Source of the DNA: Rhodospirillales bacterium
Lineage (GTDB): Bacteria; Pseudomonadota; Alphaproteobacteria; Bin95
Reading direction: 5' to 3'
Assembly: GCA_038143065.1 (NCBI GenBank)
Contig: JAYQLI010000012.1
Coordinates: forward strand, 32,001 to 96,000
Length of the DNA stretch: 64,000 bases
Positions within the stretch are counted from its first letter, which is position 1, and each line of letters begins with the position of its first letter. Under the pieces are notes generated by a model. That model was not told the DNA's origin. It was given only the letters and a program-made list of their open reading frames with translations, and did not search any database. Positions 1-12,177 of the stretch are shown here, in pieces. A program made the translations under genes and the position numbers.

Positions 1-654
1 GAATTAAGTATTACGACTTACATATTACGTCTTACGAATTACCCGTTACAGCTTATCCTTTAACCCCTGCCTTAGGAGCCTTTCCTAAGGTGTTTTTTAT
101 TTATGTATTAAGAACAGAAAGATAAATTAGAATGACCAAGTATATTGATCCAAAGCTCTCTCAAGAGACCCTAGAAACCTACCAAGGCTATAGCCTTCAG
201 GTGTTTACATCAGGGCGCATTAAGCTCAGCTTTCATAAAAGCCATAAAGACAGAGTTGAGTATTATGCAGTAAAGCCTAAGCGCTCCAGAGAAGCTTATA
301 AGCGTCAGTATAATCGTAGTGCCTTAACTAAGCCCGAGCATTACCAGTTAATGGAAGAGCTACTGGCTGAACACCACAACAGCCTCATCTACAGGGTGCA
401 CCTTAAGGGGGATATTAATGCTACTGCTGATAATGCCCATGTGCTTATCTTAACAGAAAAGAAGCATCAGTATGTGTTACTAGATACGCTAACCCACCAA
501 TGGCAGCTAACAACTCAAGTCATAAACGCCTTACTAATAGCAAGTGGTCCTAAGAAAGGACGCAGTGCTATCTTCAATGAGTACATGGCCAGCTATCAGC
601 ATGACTGGGCGGATATAATCTTCACTGAGCAGGACTACAGAGACGGGTGTCGTG
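1..654 (+). repeat. Copy 1 of a ~650-bp direct repeat (copy 2 at 37477-38129) spanning the heptamer array, hairpin and unknown gene
   Basis: Near-identical sequence from GAATTAAGTATTA through ...GACTACAGAGA(C/T)GGGT(G/A)TCGTG; the two translations share the same N-terminal ~100 aa. Confidence 0.95.
70..98 (+). terminator. Intrinsic terminator-like hairpin upstream of the duplicated gene
   Basis: CCTTAGGA-GCCTT-TCCTAAGG followed by TGTTTTTT; conserved in copy 2 at 37545-37573. Confidence 0.6.
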
Positions 655-717
655 CAGATACAGTTAGTAGATCTGTTCACCACGGTCAGTCATCAAGATG
701 ATGACTTTACGTTCTAA
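132..717 (+). CDS. Hypothetical element-backbone protein, copy 1 (SSB-like acidic C-terminus after correcting one indel)
   Basis: ORF 132-701; the +1 frame continues QDDDFTF* to 717, matching the in-frame tail DEDDDLSF* of copy 2. Confidence 0.8.
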
Positions 718-789
718 ACCTAAAAGGCAACATCATCCCCGTGGTAGGCATGAGGGCTATAACGTTCAAACTTTCAAAACTTAGAGAGC

Positions 790-880
790 GAAACAGACCT
801 TCGCTGCGTGGACATCAATGTCTGCTATGTGGACGAAGTTGCCCTTCCAGAATGCATTACGAACGGCAATTTGTTGGGTC
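790..880. repeat. Modular palindromic junction site 1
   Basis: AACAGACCTT-15nt-AATGTCTGCT-ATGTGGACGA-AGTTGCCCTT-15nt-AACGGCAATT. Confidence 0.65.
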
Positions 881-989
881 TTTAAATCGAACAGCGTGAA
901 TTTTATTCGATGCAGTTACTCGTAGGGTGCTTGTCATTGATAAATCTCGAAACCTTTCGAGACCCGTATAAATCAAATGAGCTGCCGAT

Positions 990-1720
990 TCAAGCTGACG
1001 CCGAGTTGTAAATGACCGGCATTTTCCCTGTCCATGTGTTCCACGTTTTGTCAGAATAGATTAGTTTGGCCATAAAGTGTGCGACGTTGATACGACTGGT
1101 AGTTCCGGCGTCAAATATCGCATTTCGAGTTGGTGACTCGAGAATCTTATAGTCCGTCACTTCAGTTTCCATCGATTAGCTCCGTCAGGACGGACAGCGA
1201 CCCATTGTATTTGCGGGATGGTTCTGACCAATTTTTGTGCAGTAAATAGTCAAAGCGGCTTTTTCGTTGTCGACGTGGGGTGGCAGTACCAAACGAAGCA
1301 AGCCAATAACGCATTTTTGATTGAAAGAAATCCGCTCATCCAAATCCTGATTGCTGTTCCCAGTTGTGTTCATAAGAAAATAAATTTGATGGCCTCAGTT
1401 GGTTCGTTTTCGCGGATAGCGTCGCACAAACGGCAGACCGCGTCAGTTACAAGCCTGGTGGGTCTTCCGTATATTCCTTGTTGTTAAACAGCCCCAAACA
1501 GGAAACCACCGCGTGACATCCCCGCACAAGAGTAATTGCGCCAGTATTACTCATATCCAAAATGCTCTTTTCAATCACGGACAAATTGGCGTGGTTTTTT
1601 ACCTTTAGGCACGCTTTCAAGGGATCTTACAACGATCCTAACTGCTTAATGTTTTAGAAGTTCTTCCACAAGCAGATGTCCAGTAGGCTCCACTGCGTCT
1701 TCGATAATGAGAATAGTCAT
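990..1720 (-). CDS. NAD(P)-binding oxidoreductase (atypical SDR / NAD_binding_10), frameshifted
   Basis: N-terminus MTILII followed by a degraded Rossmann motif; fragments MNTTGNSNQDLDE..PPHVDNEKAA and TSRINVAHFMAKL..WTGKMPVIYN. Confidence 0.75.
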
Positions 1721-1824
1721 ATTCGTTCCAGTCTTCTGGGTTCTAGCTTTACTGTCTGCGCGTTCAGGGGTATTTTTTTGCTATGCGAATTGACTAAATT
1801 TTATGTTTTGATATGCATATATGC

Positions 1825-2703
1825 ATGGATTGTGATCGATTGCTGATTGGAATAAAGTATGGCGTTTTTGGTGACCAGAGGAAGGTTCACTATCTGCAGC
1901 CGCGTGCTTTGGAAGATGGCACAAATCCAACGCCGGGCTCGTCAGGTCACTGGGTTTCGAGTAAGAGTTTGGCATTGTTCTGTTTGAATGTAGGTCGCAG
2001 TCTACAACTTACCCTGGTGGTGCAGAACTTTGACTAAGCGTCCGCGTTTGGGGATAGCAGGCCGTGTTTCGATGAATGCTTTTGGTCAACGCAAGCGCTA
2101 AAAGGAAAAATCTGTATTTCTGCCAGTGAAACTTATGCCGCTGTGTTGTTACCTCCACTATTAATTATGTATTTTGGAACCGGATATTCATGTCGAAATT
2201 GTTGTCGCCAATCATGCAAGCGATCTGCGCCGCCGCGAAGCCGATATCGCAATCCGTAACTTTAGGCCGACGGAACCCGATCTGATTGCCAAGAAGGTCG
2301 GAGTTGATGCAGTACTATACGCAACGCCAGACTATATCGAAAGTGCTGGCTTCGGCAACCCAACAATGCCCCAAGAATTGCAGCATGCACATTTTGTGAA
2401 TTGGACTATGCGGCGGTGTTTATGATCAAAGGCCCAATAGGTTCATTCGGTTTGACTGAGGAAAACTTTCCCGCTTTTAACGGAAAGCCATCTGGTCATG
2501 TGGGAACCAGGCGCCAAGGGAGCGGCCATCGGTATTCTGGACGCTCACATTGGTGATGCGGACCAATCGTGCAAACGTGTCCTCCCCGACCTTGAACCGC
2601 TTATCTTCCCCATCTGGCTCGTTTCTACACAGGGGAACTCACTACGAGTCATTGCATTCGAAGGGTCTTTGATTTTCTAGCTGAGGAGCTTCATCGAGGA
2701 TAA
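1825..2703 (+). CDS. LysR family transcriptional regulator, frameshifted, divergent from the SDR
   Basis: Remnant HTH (GSLSAAARAL..PTPG) and substrate-binding segment EIVVANHASDLRRREADIAIRNFRPTEPDLIAKK. Confidence 0.85.
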
Positions 2704-2717
2704 GAGCACTTGCATGA

Positions 2718-2805
2718 AGCAGGCGTTTTGTTGCAAACAGAAAATTGGTAAGTTGGGCTCTAAACAGCCATTTGCTGCAATTTGAAAGAATGACCGCTTT
2801 AGCCC
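2718..2805. repeat. Modular palindromic junction site 2
   Basis: ..TTGGGCTCTA-AACAGCCATT-16nt-AATGACCGCT-TTAGCCC, between the converging LysR and StcD-like genes. Confidence 0.6.
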
Positions 2806-2838
2806 AGAGAAAAATCTGAGCCGCTAGGGCCATTAAGT

Positions 2839-4879
2839 TTAAAACGTTTGGCAAAGACGTCTAGAGTCCAGGTATACTAGCATGGATATTTCGGCTCGCC
2901 ACCGCATCCCCAACCCTAAATAGGTTATGACCTCCATAATTAGATATGCTCGGTTGTGCCTCACCTGCTATCAACGCCGGAATATCAACTATTCCATGGG
3001 TTTGCCGCGTTGGCCACCAGCTCAGTAGTAAAGCTCGTCATTCGGCAATGTGCCGTGTTCGACCACAATATAATCTGCCTTTAATTTATAGGGATGGTCG
3101 CCGTAATCAGAGTTAAATTCAGCTAGTACTCCGTTACCTTCGGCTGATACTGTTCAACCTGAAATCAGGTGTCACCTCAACCTGATGGTCATGAAACGCT
3201 TTAATATACATCGGGAAGTTTGATGCCCCCATTTCATGAACCGCATGGCGGTCGGGCGTTACCAGACGCACTTTAAACCCGCGCTTTGCGAGCTCAACTA
3301 CTGTTGATGCAGCTTGATGCTGTCCGTGGTCATCATAAACCAAAACCATCTCTTCACCCGAAGCTATCTTGAGCGCCTCCCCTGACAGCACATCCCATGT
3401 TGAGTGCGCCAGTTCACCACCCTTAATATGCTCAATATCAGGCACACCACCTGTTGCTACCACCACAATATCAGGTTTGAGGGATTCGATCATCTCGCGA
3501 TCTGCAAATTGTTGCCAATGGATATCAACCCCCAGCCTCATTACCTCACTGCTCAGCCAATCAACAATGCCGATCGTGGTCTTTACGTACCTGACTTTTT
3601 GCAGCAAGGCGAACTTGTCCCCCTAATTCAGAAGACGCTTCGATCAACGTCGTCGTGCCCTCGCAAGGCTCGAAACACGGGCCGCTTCTAACCCTGCAGG
3701 CCCGCCACCGACAACCACAACCTTTTTTGCTGTGCCGCCAGATGGTGGAGTGATATGTGGAATACTTCGTTCTCGAGTTGTCGCAACATTATGGATGCAC
3801 AACATCTCACCTTCATTATAGATGCGGTCAATACAATATCCTGCCCCCACACAAGGTCGGATTTCTTCGGCGCGGCCCTCTTTAAGTTTATTGACCAAAT
3901 GCGGATCAGCGATATGCGCCCGCGTCATGCCCACCAAATCAACCAGCTTTTCTTGGATGGCATATCGCGCGGTTGCAAGGTCAGGAGATGCGCGCGCATG
4001 GATGGTTGGCGTTTTCAGCTCAGCCTTAAACGTCCCCGCCAATTGCAGGAACGGAGCCAGCTCTTTAAACATTGCAGGTACCGGATAATTTGCCAGCATA
4101 TATTCCGTATCTGACCTCCCTACATTTAGATTGAAATAATCAATCGTACCGTCTGCTTCAATAATCTTCAGGGCTTCCTAACGCTTCTTCTTTTTGCAAG
4201 CTTCTGTTAGCTTACTGTCCATTTCAACCCGCGCGCCAATCACAAAATCAGTGCCACTATTCCTCTTTAACCTTGTCATAAAGTTCACGCAGAAAACGCA
4301 TCCGCCCTATTAAATCGCCGCCATATTCATCATCACGCAGGTTTGTATCAGGCGAAAGAAACTGCCAGGCAAATGCCCATTTTGCAAAATCTTCAACCAT
4401 CAAGCCCTGCGTCACGGCGTGCGGCGGCAACATAATCACCAATAACGCGTTTGATGTCAGCATGGTCCATCACTTTCGGAAACCCTCGATGGGCAGGTTC
4501 ACGCACGCGAAAGGTGCAATCACTGGCAGCCAATCGCCGTCATTCCACGTAGTTCGGCGTCCCAAATGCGAAATTTGGCACACAATACGGCAATCTTCTT
4601 TATGGATGCGCTCAGCAAATTCTCTAAAATAAGGGATCATCCGATCAGACGACACATCTAGCTGACCGAAGACAGAAGGTGAGTCAGGGCTCACGCAAGA
4701 TGACCCAACCTATCCATCGTCATCCCGATCCCGCCTTTGGCTTTTTCCAAATGGTAACGTTGATATCGCTCTTTTGGCATACCATCCTCTGCTAATGCAG
4801 GCGCGTGGTACGTGCTGACAATACGATTTTTAAGAGTCATCGCCCCCAATTGAAACGGCAATAAAAGCGGGTCTGACAT
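2839..4879 (-). CDS. NADH:flavin oxidoreductase (old yellow enzyme; StcD/N-methylproline demethylase-like), frameshifted
   Basis: MSDPLLLPFQLGAMTLKNRIVST.HAPA..EDGMPKERYQRYHLEKAKGGIGMTM; RPCVGAGYCIDRIY Fe-S motif; VVVVGGGPAGLEAARV FAD motif. Confidence 0.9.
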
Positions 4880-5217
4880 GGCACACTCTCAATTGAAAAT
4901 TTGAGTTCAAAGTATTCGCAAATATGAATTTAGACGGTGCACGAATGCGCCCTTTAAGGCTAAACCACCTTAAATTTTGTCAATTGTCTAGCCCCTATAC
5001 TCGCCCAGTCATTTTAAGTCGGTTGTACTAAGTAAGAATTACTGTTTTTTTCTAGGCATAGCTACACACAGGTTTGTGGAGCCAGGAAAGTCCAGTGAAA
5101 AGAATTTTTTATGACAGCAGAGCTCTGTCGAAAGTCATAATTTTGGTGCGTCTTGTAGCTCTACTTTAAAAACCAAAGAACGAAAAAGAACTTTACTCTT
5201 TAGCTCTCGGCAGGCAG

Positions 5218-5300
5218 AGCGTGTTTTAGCGCTCATGGACCCAAAGGTCAGCGTTGCGGACAAAGCCGACTTTTAAGCTCAAAGCCTTAATGTTGATTTT
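5218..5300. repeat. Modular palindromic junction site 3
   Basis: AAGGTCAGCG-TTGCGGACAA-AGCCGACTTT-15nt-AATGTTGATT. Confidence 0.6.
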
Positions 5301-5427
5301 AGGCCTATTGATAATTTCAGGATTGCAAAATGCTAAATGGCCTTTCCATTACCGATATTCTTATTAAGGTTGAGGTTGCGTGCCGGTATCATCCAGCCAA
5401 GCCACTTGTGCGTTTAAGGAAACTGCT

Positions 5428-6405
5428 ATGCCGATTGATTTTGCAAATGCCCAATCAACTGACACTAAAACGATCCCTGTGATCGACGTTTCAGTGCGGT
5501 TTCTGGTGACGGCATCAACGGTGTTGCAGACGCGATTTACGCCGTTGCCGCGATAAACCATGGTTTTTTTATATCTCGAACCATGGGATAGAATCTGCCC
5601 TGATGGAACAGGCATTTGCAGTCGCCAAAGCATTTTTGAACTACCCGAAAGCGAAAAACAAGCTGTCGCTGTGGACAAAATCAACGCGGCTGGCTGGCGC
5701 AGGATGTCGCGTTTGCAGGGTCAAAGACCCATGACCTAAAAAAGAGGTCTTCTTTTGGGGCGCGCACACGGCGGCAGATGACGCGGACGTGTTGCTGGCA
5801 AACCGCTATGCGCTCTGAACCAATGGCCGAAAGATTTTCCCCGCCTCTGCAGATTTGGTTCCTTACTACGACGCCGTTTGTAAAGTGGCTCGCTGCGTCA
5901 TAGGCGGCGGTGGCCATCAGTCTTGATCAGCCCGCCGACTTCTTTGATGAAGTTTTATGCTAAACCCCTCGCGCAGGCAGATGGTTTATTACCCAGCATC
6001 AACAGCGCGAGACGAAGCAGAGGCCCGCTTCGGCGTTGCCCCACACACGGATTTCGGTGTGCTGACCGTTTTGATGCAAAGACAGCAGTGGCGGGCTTCA
6101 AGTGCGAGCTAAATCTATGACTGGATCGAAGCGCCACTATTCCTGGCACTTTGGTTTGCAATATCGGTGATCTATTTGGCGCGATGGAGCAACAAACGAT
6201 TTGCCTCAACTGTGCATCGCGTGATTAACCGTACCAGCCACCCGCGCTATTCCATACCCCGTATTTTTTGATCCGCATACAGATACAGTCATTGATCCGG
6301 TCTGATCTTGGCGTATCCGCCCACAATAGCCTGTTCGACCCCGTCCGCACCGGGCAATATATCATGGAACGCAATGCAAAGAGCTTTGCCCAATATAAAA
6401 AATAG
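5428..6405 (+). CDS. 2-oxoglutarate/Fe(II)-dependent oxygenase (isopenicillin N synthase family), frameshifted
   Basis: IPVIDVS N-terminus, FGVAPHTDFGVLTVLMQ (HxD), PGTLVCNIGDL, FASTVHRVINR, RYSIP. Confidence 0.9.
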
Positions 6406-6491
6406 GGAAATCGAGACGGCTAATCCATTTTTAACGCAAACAGATTGACGAATATCATTGCGGTTCTTCTTGCCTAAATCTCAACCTTAAG

Positions 6492-6583
6492 AGCAGCCAT
6501 TGATAAAGAGTGCAAAATTAGTCACTTTGCGCTGCTCAGCCGCCATTCGCTGCAATGCGATTAAATGTCCGCTTTGGGTGGGC
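6492..6583. repeat. Modular palindromic junction site 4
   Basis: AGCAGCCATT...AGCCGCCATT-16nt-AATGTCCGCT-TTGGGTGGGC. Confidence 0.65.
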
Positions 6584-6968
6584 GCGCCATGCCTTGTAAA
6601 TGTTGACGCAGCAATCCAAAATAGCCTCCCCTTTCTTCGGTGGAGGTTTTTAAGCTTTGCGTCAGTTGAAAAACCCGCGATGTGGCAACAACCGTCAAGC
6701 CAGACTTTTGTCCGTGGTATTTTCTTAGAACCCATACAATACTTTTGCCGAATTCGTTAACAAATATGGAGGATCGAGCAAAAACCCTAACTTTCTCAGT
6801 CACGCTACAAAGTAGAAATCCAATTTTGCAGGATGCAGCAGCACGGTTATCTGTTACCTCTAGAATGACCAACACGATTCCTGAACCATCCTGCAGCGCG
6901 AGTACCTGAGGAGGCTCTGCACGGTCGAAACATTCGTCTTTCAAGTTTACCGTTAATCGCTTTAGAAC

Positions 6969-8430
6969 TCACTGGGTTTCGCAGTCGAAACTTGATATGT
7001 TTTGGTTCGAGATAAGCGTCCAAACCTTCTCGTCCAAGTTCACGACCCTGACCCACTCATTTTCCAACCACCAAATGGGGCTTGAAGCTCTGAAGTGTCG
7101 TTCACGTTGACGCCCACGGCACCAAACTCCAAGCTTTCCGCCAGCGTCCAAAGTCGGTCTAGATCCTTGCCGTAGATGTAAGCTGCGAGCCCATACTCTA
7201 GGCCGTTTGCGATATTCAGCATTTCAGCTTCTGTCTCATAAGCGGCAATGGCGGCGATGGGGCCATAGGTTTCCTCGATCATAGGCAGCGCGTTCAGAGG
7301 TGTGTCATCCAGCACAGTCGGGCGGAAGTAATGTCATTGGCAAACTCTGATGCTTGCGGTGTAGCGCCGCCCGCTATCAGACGCGCGCCCTTTTGGGTGG
7401 CGTCCTGAATGTGCCGCAACGCACGATCTGTTACCGAAGCATTCAGTGTTGGTCCATAACTCACGCCATCCTCAAGCCCGTTGTTGTTCCGTCGCATCCG
7501 CGAGCGCCCAGCTATAAGAGCTGAAAACTTTTTATGGACCCGTTGATCTACAAGGAATCCGGTTCACGGTGATACATATCTGACCCATATTGGAAAAGGC
7601 ACGCCGGTGAGCGGCTATGGCTGCCTCTGCGATGTCAGCATCGGCAGTTACAATGGAATGGCATGACCGCCAGCGAGTTCCAGACAGGTACGCTTGAGGT
7701 TTCCAGCAGATGCGCGCAAAATGGCTGCCCTGCCCCCACAGAAGCGTGGTCGCTGAAATGATCCGAACATCTTTATGGGAGAGAGCGCTTTGCCAGCCAC
7801 CCGGACCAAGCCCTGGTAGGTCTGTTATGGCACCGGAGGGAACACCAGCCTCGTGCAGGCAATCAACAACCATTGCGATGGCCAATGGCGTCTCATGTGG
7901 TGATTTCACGACCAATGGCACCCAGCAGCTAAAGCCGGGCCAACTTTTCCAGCAATACAGATCAACCGGGTAATTCCACGGTACTATAGCGCTTCGCCAC
8001 ACCCACCGCTTGACGTGACGAGGTTGCGAATATCAGGCGCAGAAGCGGGGCGGATCGACCCATAGATACGTGTGCCTTCCTCTGCGTAGTACCGTAGCAC
8101 TTCGGCCCCGAACGAAATTTCCTTAATATTATCAGAAACAGTTTTGCCTTGTTCTGCTGGAGTAAACGCCATGTCCGGCGTACGCTCATCGATCAAATTG
8201 GCCGCGCGCCGCAAGATATCGCCGCGCGCACGTACGCCCATCGCCTCAAAATCAACACGAACCGCATCGGCGGCCGCAACAGCGCGATCAACAATGGCAG
8301 CGTCTGCCAGAAGCGTAGATCCGACACGGTCCGGTGGCAGGATTGAAAATGATGTGAAGGTCTCAGGGCCACTGTGCATTTCCCAGTGGCCATTAATGAA
8401 GAAAAATCCACGTTCCCGCATACCACTCAC
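6969..8430 (-). CDS. NAD-dependent aldehyde dehydrogenase (SSADH-like), frameshifted
   Basis: AIVPWNYPVDL, FSNMGQICITVNR (catalytic Cys), EETYGP, APFGGWKMSG.GRELG. Confidence 0.9.
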
Positions 8431-9197
8431 CTTAGCTTCAATCGGCGGGCAAGCTCCGCATAATTACGATCATTCTGTTCGGTCGCGGCCACTTTATCCG
8501 TGGTGTTGGGGCTTTGCATGATGAATGGCTCTTTTCAGAGCGACGACACGCTCAGCCGTCGCAGCATTGATCGCATGACCGATGGCGATAGCGATAGACG
8601 TCGCAGGTCGCCTTGGTCTTACCCCGCATTCCTCGACCTCAATTCCCCGCATCCCCTAAAAGGCACACCGGTGTCACGATAACGACATCTGCCAGTTCAA
8701 ACAGCCGCTTGCCGCAAGAATGACGCGAGAGTGACGGGAGGAATGCGGGGATGGAAGTAACCCCAATCAGTTTCAGCCGCTTTGCCCTGCGGCAATATCA
8801 AGTGTGACGGCATTCAGACCGGAGTGAGAGAATATGAGCATTGCGTCCCCTTGAACGGTATCATGCGCAGCAAGGATCGCATCGCCGTAGCCTTCCTGAC
8901 TATGGATGAACCGGTACTGCCGCGCGCCTCATCCCAGAGAACCCGGTGGAACGAAATCATGGAACTTTCGACAATTGGCCCGAAAACCTGTGACGGTCCC
9001 GTGCGCGGAAACATCTCCATTGCGGCAAATGAACCATGGCCTGTACCAAATGTGAACACCAACTTGTCGTCAAGGATCGCCTTGGCACAGATATCTGCAA
9101 CGGCGTTGATTGCGTCGCTTTGGCTGTCTTGAACCTTTTGCAACCGTTCAATCAGATCTGAAAGATAACGGGTTGGCATATCGTTCATGGTATTCAT
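8427..9197 (-). CDS. SIS-domain (sugar isomerase) protein, frameshifted
   Basis: LVFTFGTGHGSFAAMEMFPRTG motif typical of the SIS_2 family. Confidence 0.8.
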
Positions 9198-9935
9198 CCT
9201 TTGTCAGTGATTGCATCAAGGGCGATTTGGAACATTCGGGCTTCGCCCGCGGCCAAAGGGTCAGACCTAATTTTTCCTGGCTGATCCCATCAACGGTGCC
9301 CAGACACAACGTTGCCGACGCAACACCAAGATCGCCAGCCGCAGCAATGAGCGCCGAGGTCTCCATATCCGTGGCAAGGACACCCTTGTCATGCAGCGTT
9401 TGACAATATTGTAGACACGCGGCCCTGGCTGGCGTCTCAATCGCAAACATATCACGGCAGAAAGCATCAAAAAAGTCGCAAAAAGCCCGGTATGAGCAAT
9501 GACACCCTGTCCTGACAGCTGCGGCATTCAAGCGTGGACCAGCTCTTCATTCGCTGTCAGTTTGCCGCCATCGCGGTTATACGCCCCACCGGTACCCTCA
9601 TAGCTCGGCGCATCTTGGCTGATCAGAAATTCGCCAGGGCGTGCTGGAGGGAAATGCATCGCCGTGCCTATTCGAACGAACCGTTTTAGTCCGAGATAGG
9701 CCAGTTCATGCAGGACAATCGTTGCAATAGGCGATCCCATTCCAAAGGCGGCAATGCTGACGCGGACGCCATTGTAGTGGCCCGTGACGGTCTGGAGGCC
9801 GCGTTTGATGGGCAGGAAGACAGGATCGAACAATCGTGTCGCAATTCGGTCGATACGGTCAGGGTCACCGACAAGGATCGCACATTCTCCGACATCATTT
9901 GGGCTATGCCCCAGATACCAAGCGCGCTTTGTCAT
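9195..9935 (-). CDS. Nucleoside phosphorylase (uridine phosphorylase family), frameshifted
   Basis: AILVGDPDRIDRI, FGMGSPIATIVLHEL, RIGTA, GVLATDMETSAL. Confidence 0.88.
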
Positions 9936-10743
9936 AAAGCTGGTCCTTTCTCTTTGAGTGAGGAGGAGGTTCGCCGCTACAATCCCCGCCTTTGCCGCCT
10001 CGACGGGCGTCGCGCCAGACATCTGCTGTGATGAAGCCGCCTGCAAAACTATCTCCCGAACCGGTCATATCCCGACACTTGGCAGGTGAAACCGTCAGCA
10101 GGGTTTCGGTGCCGTCAATTGTAACACTGACGCCTTCTGCACCCCGTGTTTCTATCACGATAGCCGAGGTCGCTGTTACCATCCCGCGTTCTGCCCTATT
10201 GCAGAAAATAACATCTGTAGAAGCGCTAAGTGCCGCGCAGATCTCTGGCGTAAAACTTTGCGCATCATCTTTCATGGCCCAATACAGACGGGAATTGGGT
10301 GCACGGGCTGATAGTATATCTTCCGTGACCTGCGGTGGCCCAACAGACACACATAGATGCGAAGCATGACCGATGAGACGCTTTTGTGAGTCTGTCAGAA
10401 CTCTTGACCAGGTGCCCCGGGGTCGTAAAGACATGTACATGCGCCGTCCGGGTCAGGTCAGCATAGCAACTGGGGACCGAGCACCAGATATCTGTGCCAC
10501 CCCTCTGTTAATAGACCATATCTTTGCAATTCCTTCTGAGCCAATCGCCCAACTGATCATCTCCGACCCATCAACGGCGCAGCTTTCAAACCTGCCTGCA
10601 AGGTGGCCCCCAGCTATATATGATGGACACCCGCCCGCACGCGGCCATGTTGTCCTCACGGCCCGCGCGGTTCGCTCAGCACCACTGGTCCCTCACAGAT
10701 ACATCACATGATCCAGGCTGGCATATCCGGTGACGACCAACAT
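9932..10743 (-). CDS. PfkB family carbohydrate kinase, frameshifted
   Basis: MLVVTGYASLDHV start, TRGAEG, DMTGSGDSFAGGF anion-hole motif. Confidence 0.85.
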
Positions 10744-11295
10744 CAAGTAAACATCTCCTTGGCCTCAGCCAAGGTGACTACCCGCCCGAGATATCGCGAG
10801 ATATCCTCAAGGCTGGCGTCACCTAGATTTGCGCGGTTTGTATTGACTGCATCACCCACAACAGCCACGTCAAACCCATGCCCAAAGGCGTCCTGTGCAG
10901 TGGCGCGCACACAGACATTGGTTTTAACGCCACAGATAACGACGCTATCTACACCCTGTTCGCGCAAGAACAGGGACAATTCTGTTGCAAAAAATGCGCT
11001 ATAGCGCCTCTTCTTGAGTGTAATTTCTCGTTTGCGGTCCTGAGGGCCAAAACCCTTAAAGAACGCGGCGTCGAAGCCACCTTCGATCCCATGAAATGGC
11101 AGTTTCGGTTGTTCGAAATCGGTGAACCCGTCACGGTGGACATCGGCGATATGGACTATGATGGCTTCGGTCGCGGCGACAACGCCAATCAGATCCAAAC
11201 AAGGCTGAACGACGTCAGATGCCGCCGGATAGTAATTTCCGCCATCCGGGTGCAGAAAGAATTCTGCATATCGATCACCAAAGTGCTATGCTCAT
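10743..11295 (-). CDS. Cysteine hydrolase (isochorismatase family)
   Basis: VIDMQN, KRRYSAFFAT, GVKTNVCVRATAQDAF. Confidence 0.9.
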
Positions 11296-12177
11296 GCTTT
11301 TGCCTTTCTCTGTGCCTGGATGCTGGCTACAACCAAAGCGATGAGTACCATCACGTAAGGCAGCATGCCAATCAGCTTGGGCGGCAAACCTTCAAGCTGA
11401 AGTCTGATTTGCGCAGCTTCGAGCGCCCCAAATAGCAGGCAAGCAAAAGCTGTCGTGACGGGATCGGTCGCGGCCGAAATAAAATGCCGCCAAAGCGATA
11501 AAGCCAGCCGTAAGCCCTTCATTAAATAGCCCAAGCGATACCAGCGCCAGATGCGCACCGGCAAGGCCACAAAAGAACCCGGCGCAGGCCGTGGTGAAAT
11601 CCTGAATGGTCAAATGCTGCAAAACCAGATCGCGCCATCTCTGAGGCGTTTCCGGTTGCGCGAATCCAAAGCCCGATACGTGTGCTGGCCAGCACAAATG
11701 GCAATAAACCAACTGTCATCCAAGCGAAAAGCGTCAATGGATCAAGCGCCGCAAGACTTGGTCCGACCAGTGGCACGACCTCAAGTCCAGCGGGCAGAAG
11801 CTTTGGCAAAAGCGCTACATCAGGAAGCCGCAGAGTGCCTGATGAGCGATACACCCAACTGAGAATGAAACCGAGTACACCGGCCACCAAAATGTTCAGA
11901 CCCAAACCAGCAACAATCATATTAGCTCCGGCGCGCGTAATACTGAGAGAGAACAGCCAACCAATTGCGGCGCTAGCCAAAGCTGCAGCCAAACAGGCGA
12001 TAATCCAACTGCCCGTGGCTGAGGATACAATCACAGCCACAAAAGCCCCGGCCAACATCTTGGCCTCAAGCCCGATGTTCACGATGCCGGCGCGTTGTTG
12101 ATCCAGCCCGCCCATTGCCGCCAAAGGATTGGCGTTGTTAACATGATTGCGGATGCGATTAGATGCTCAAACTGCAT
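11292..12177 (-). CDS. Nucleoside-type ABC transporter permease 2, frameshifted
   Basis: RAGIVNIGLEAKML, GFIALAA, MLPYVMVLIAL (BPD_transp_2). Confidence 0.88.

Noticed and set aside
6487-6944. Overlapping short ORFs on both strands
   Set aside because: They have no recognisable motifs and overlap a junction site, so they are probably spurious.
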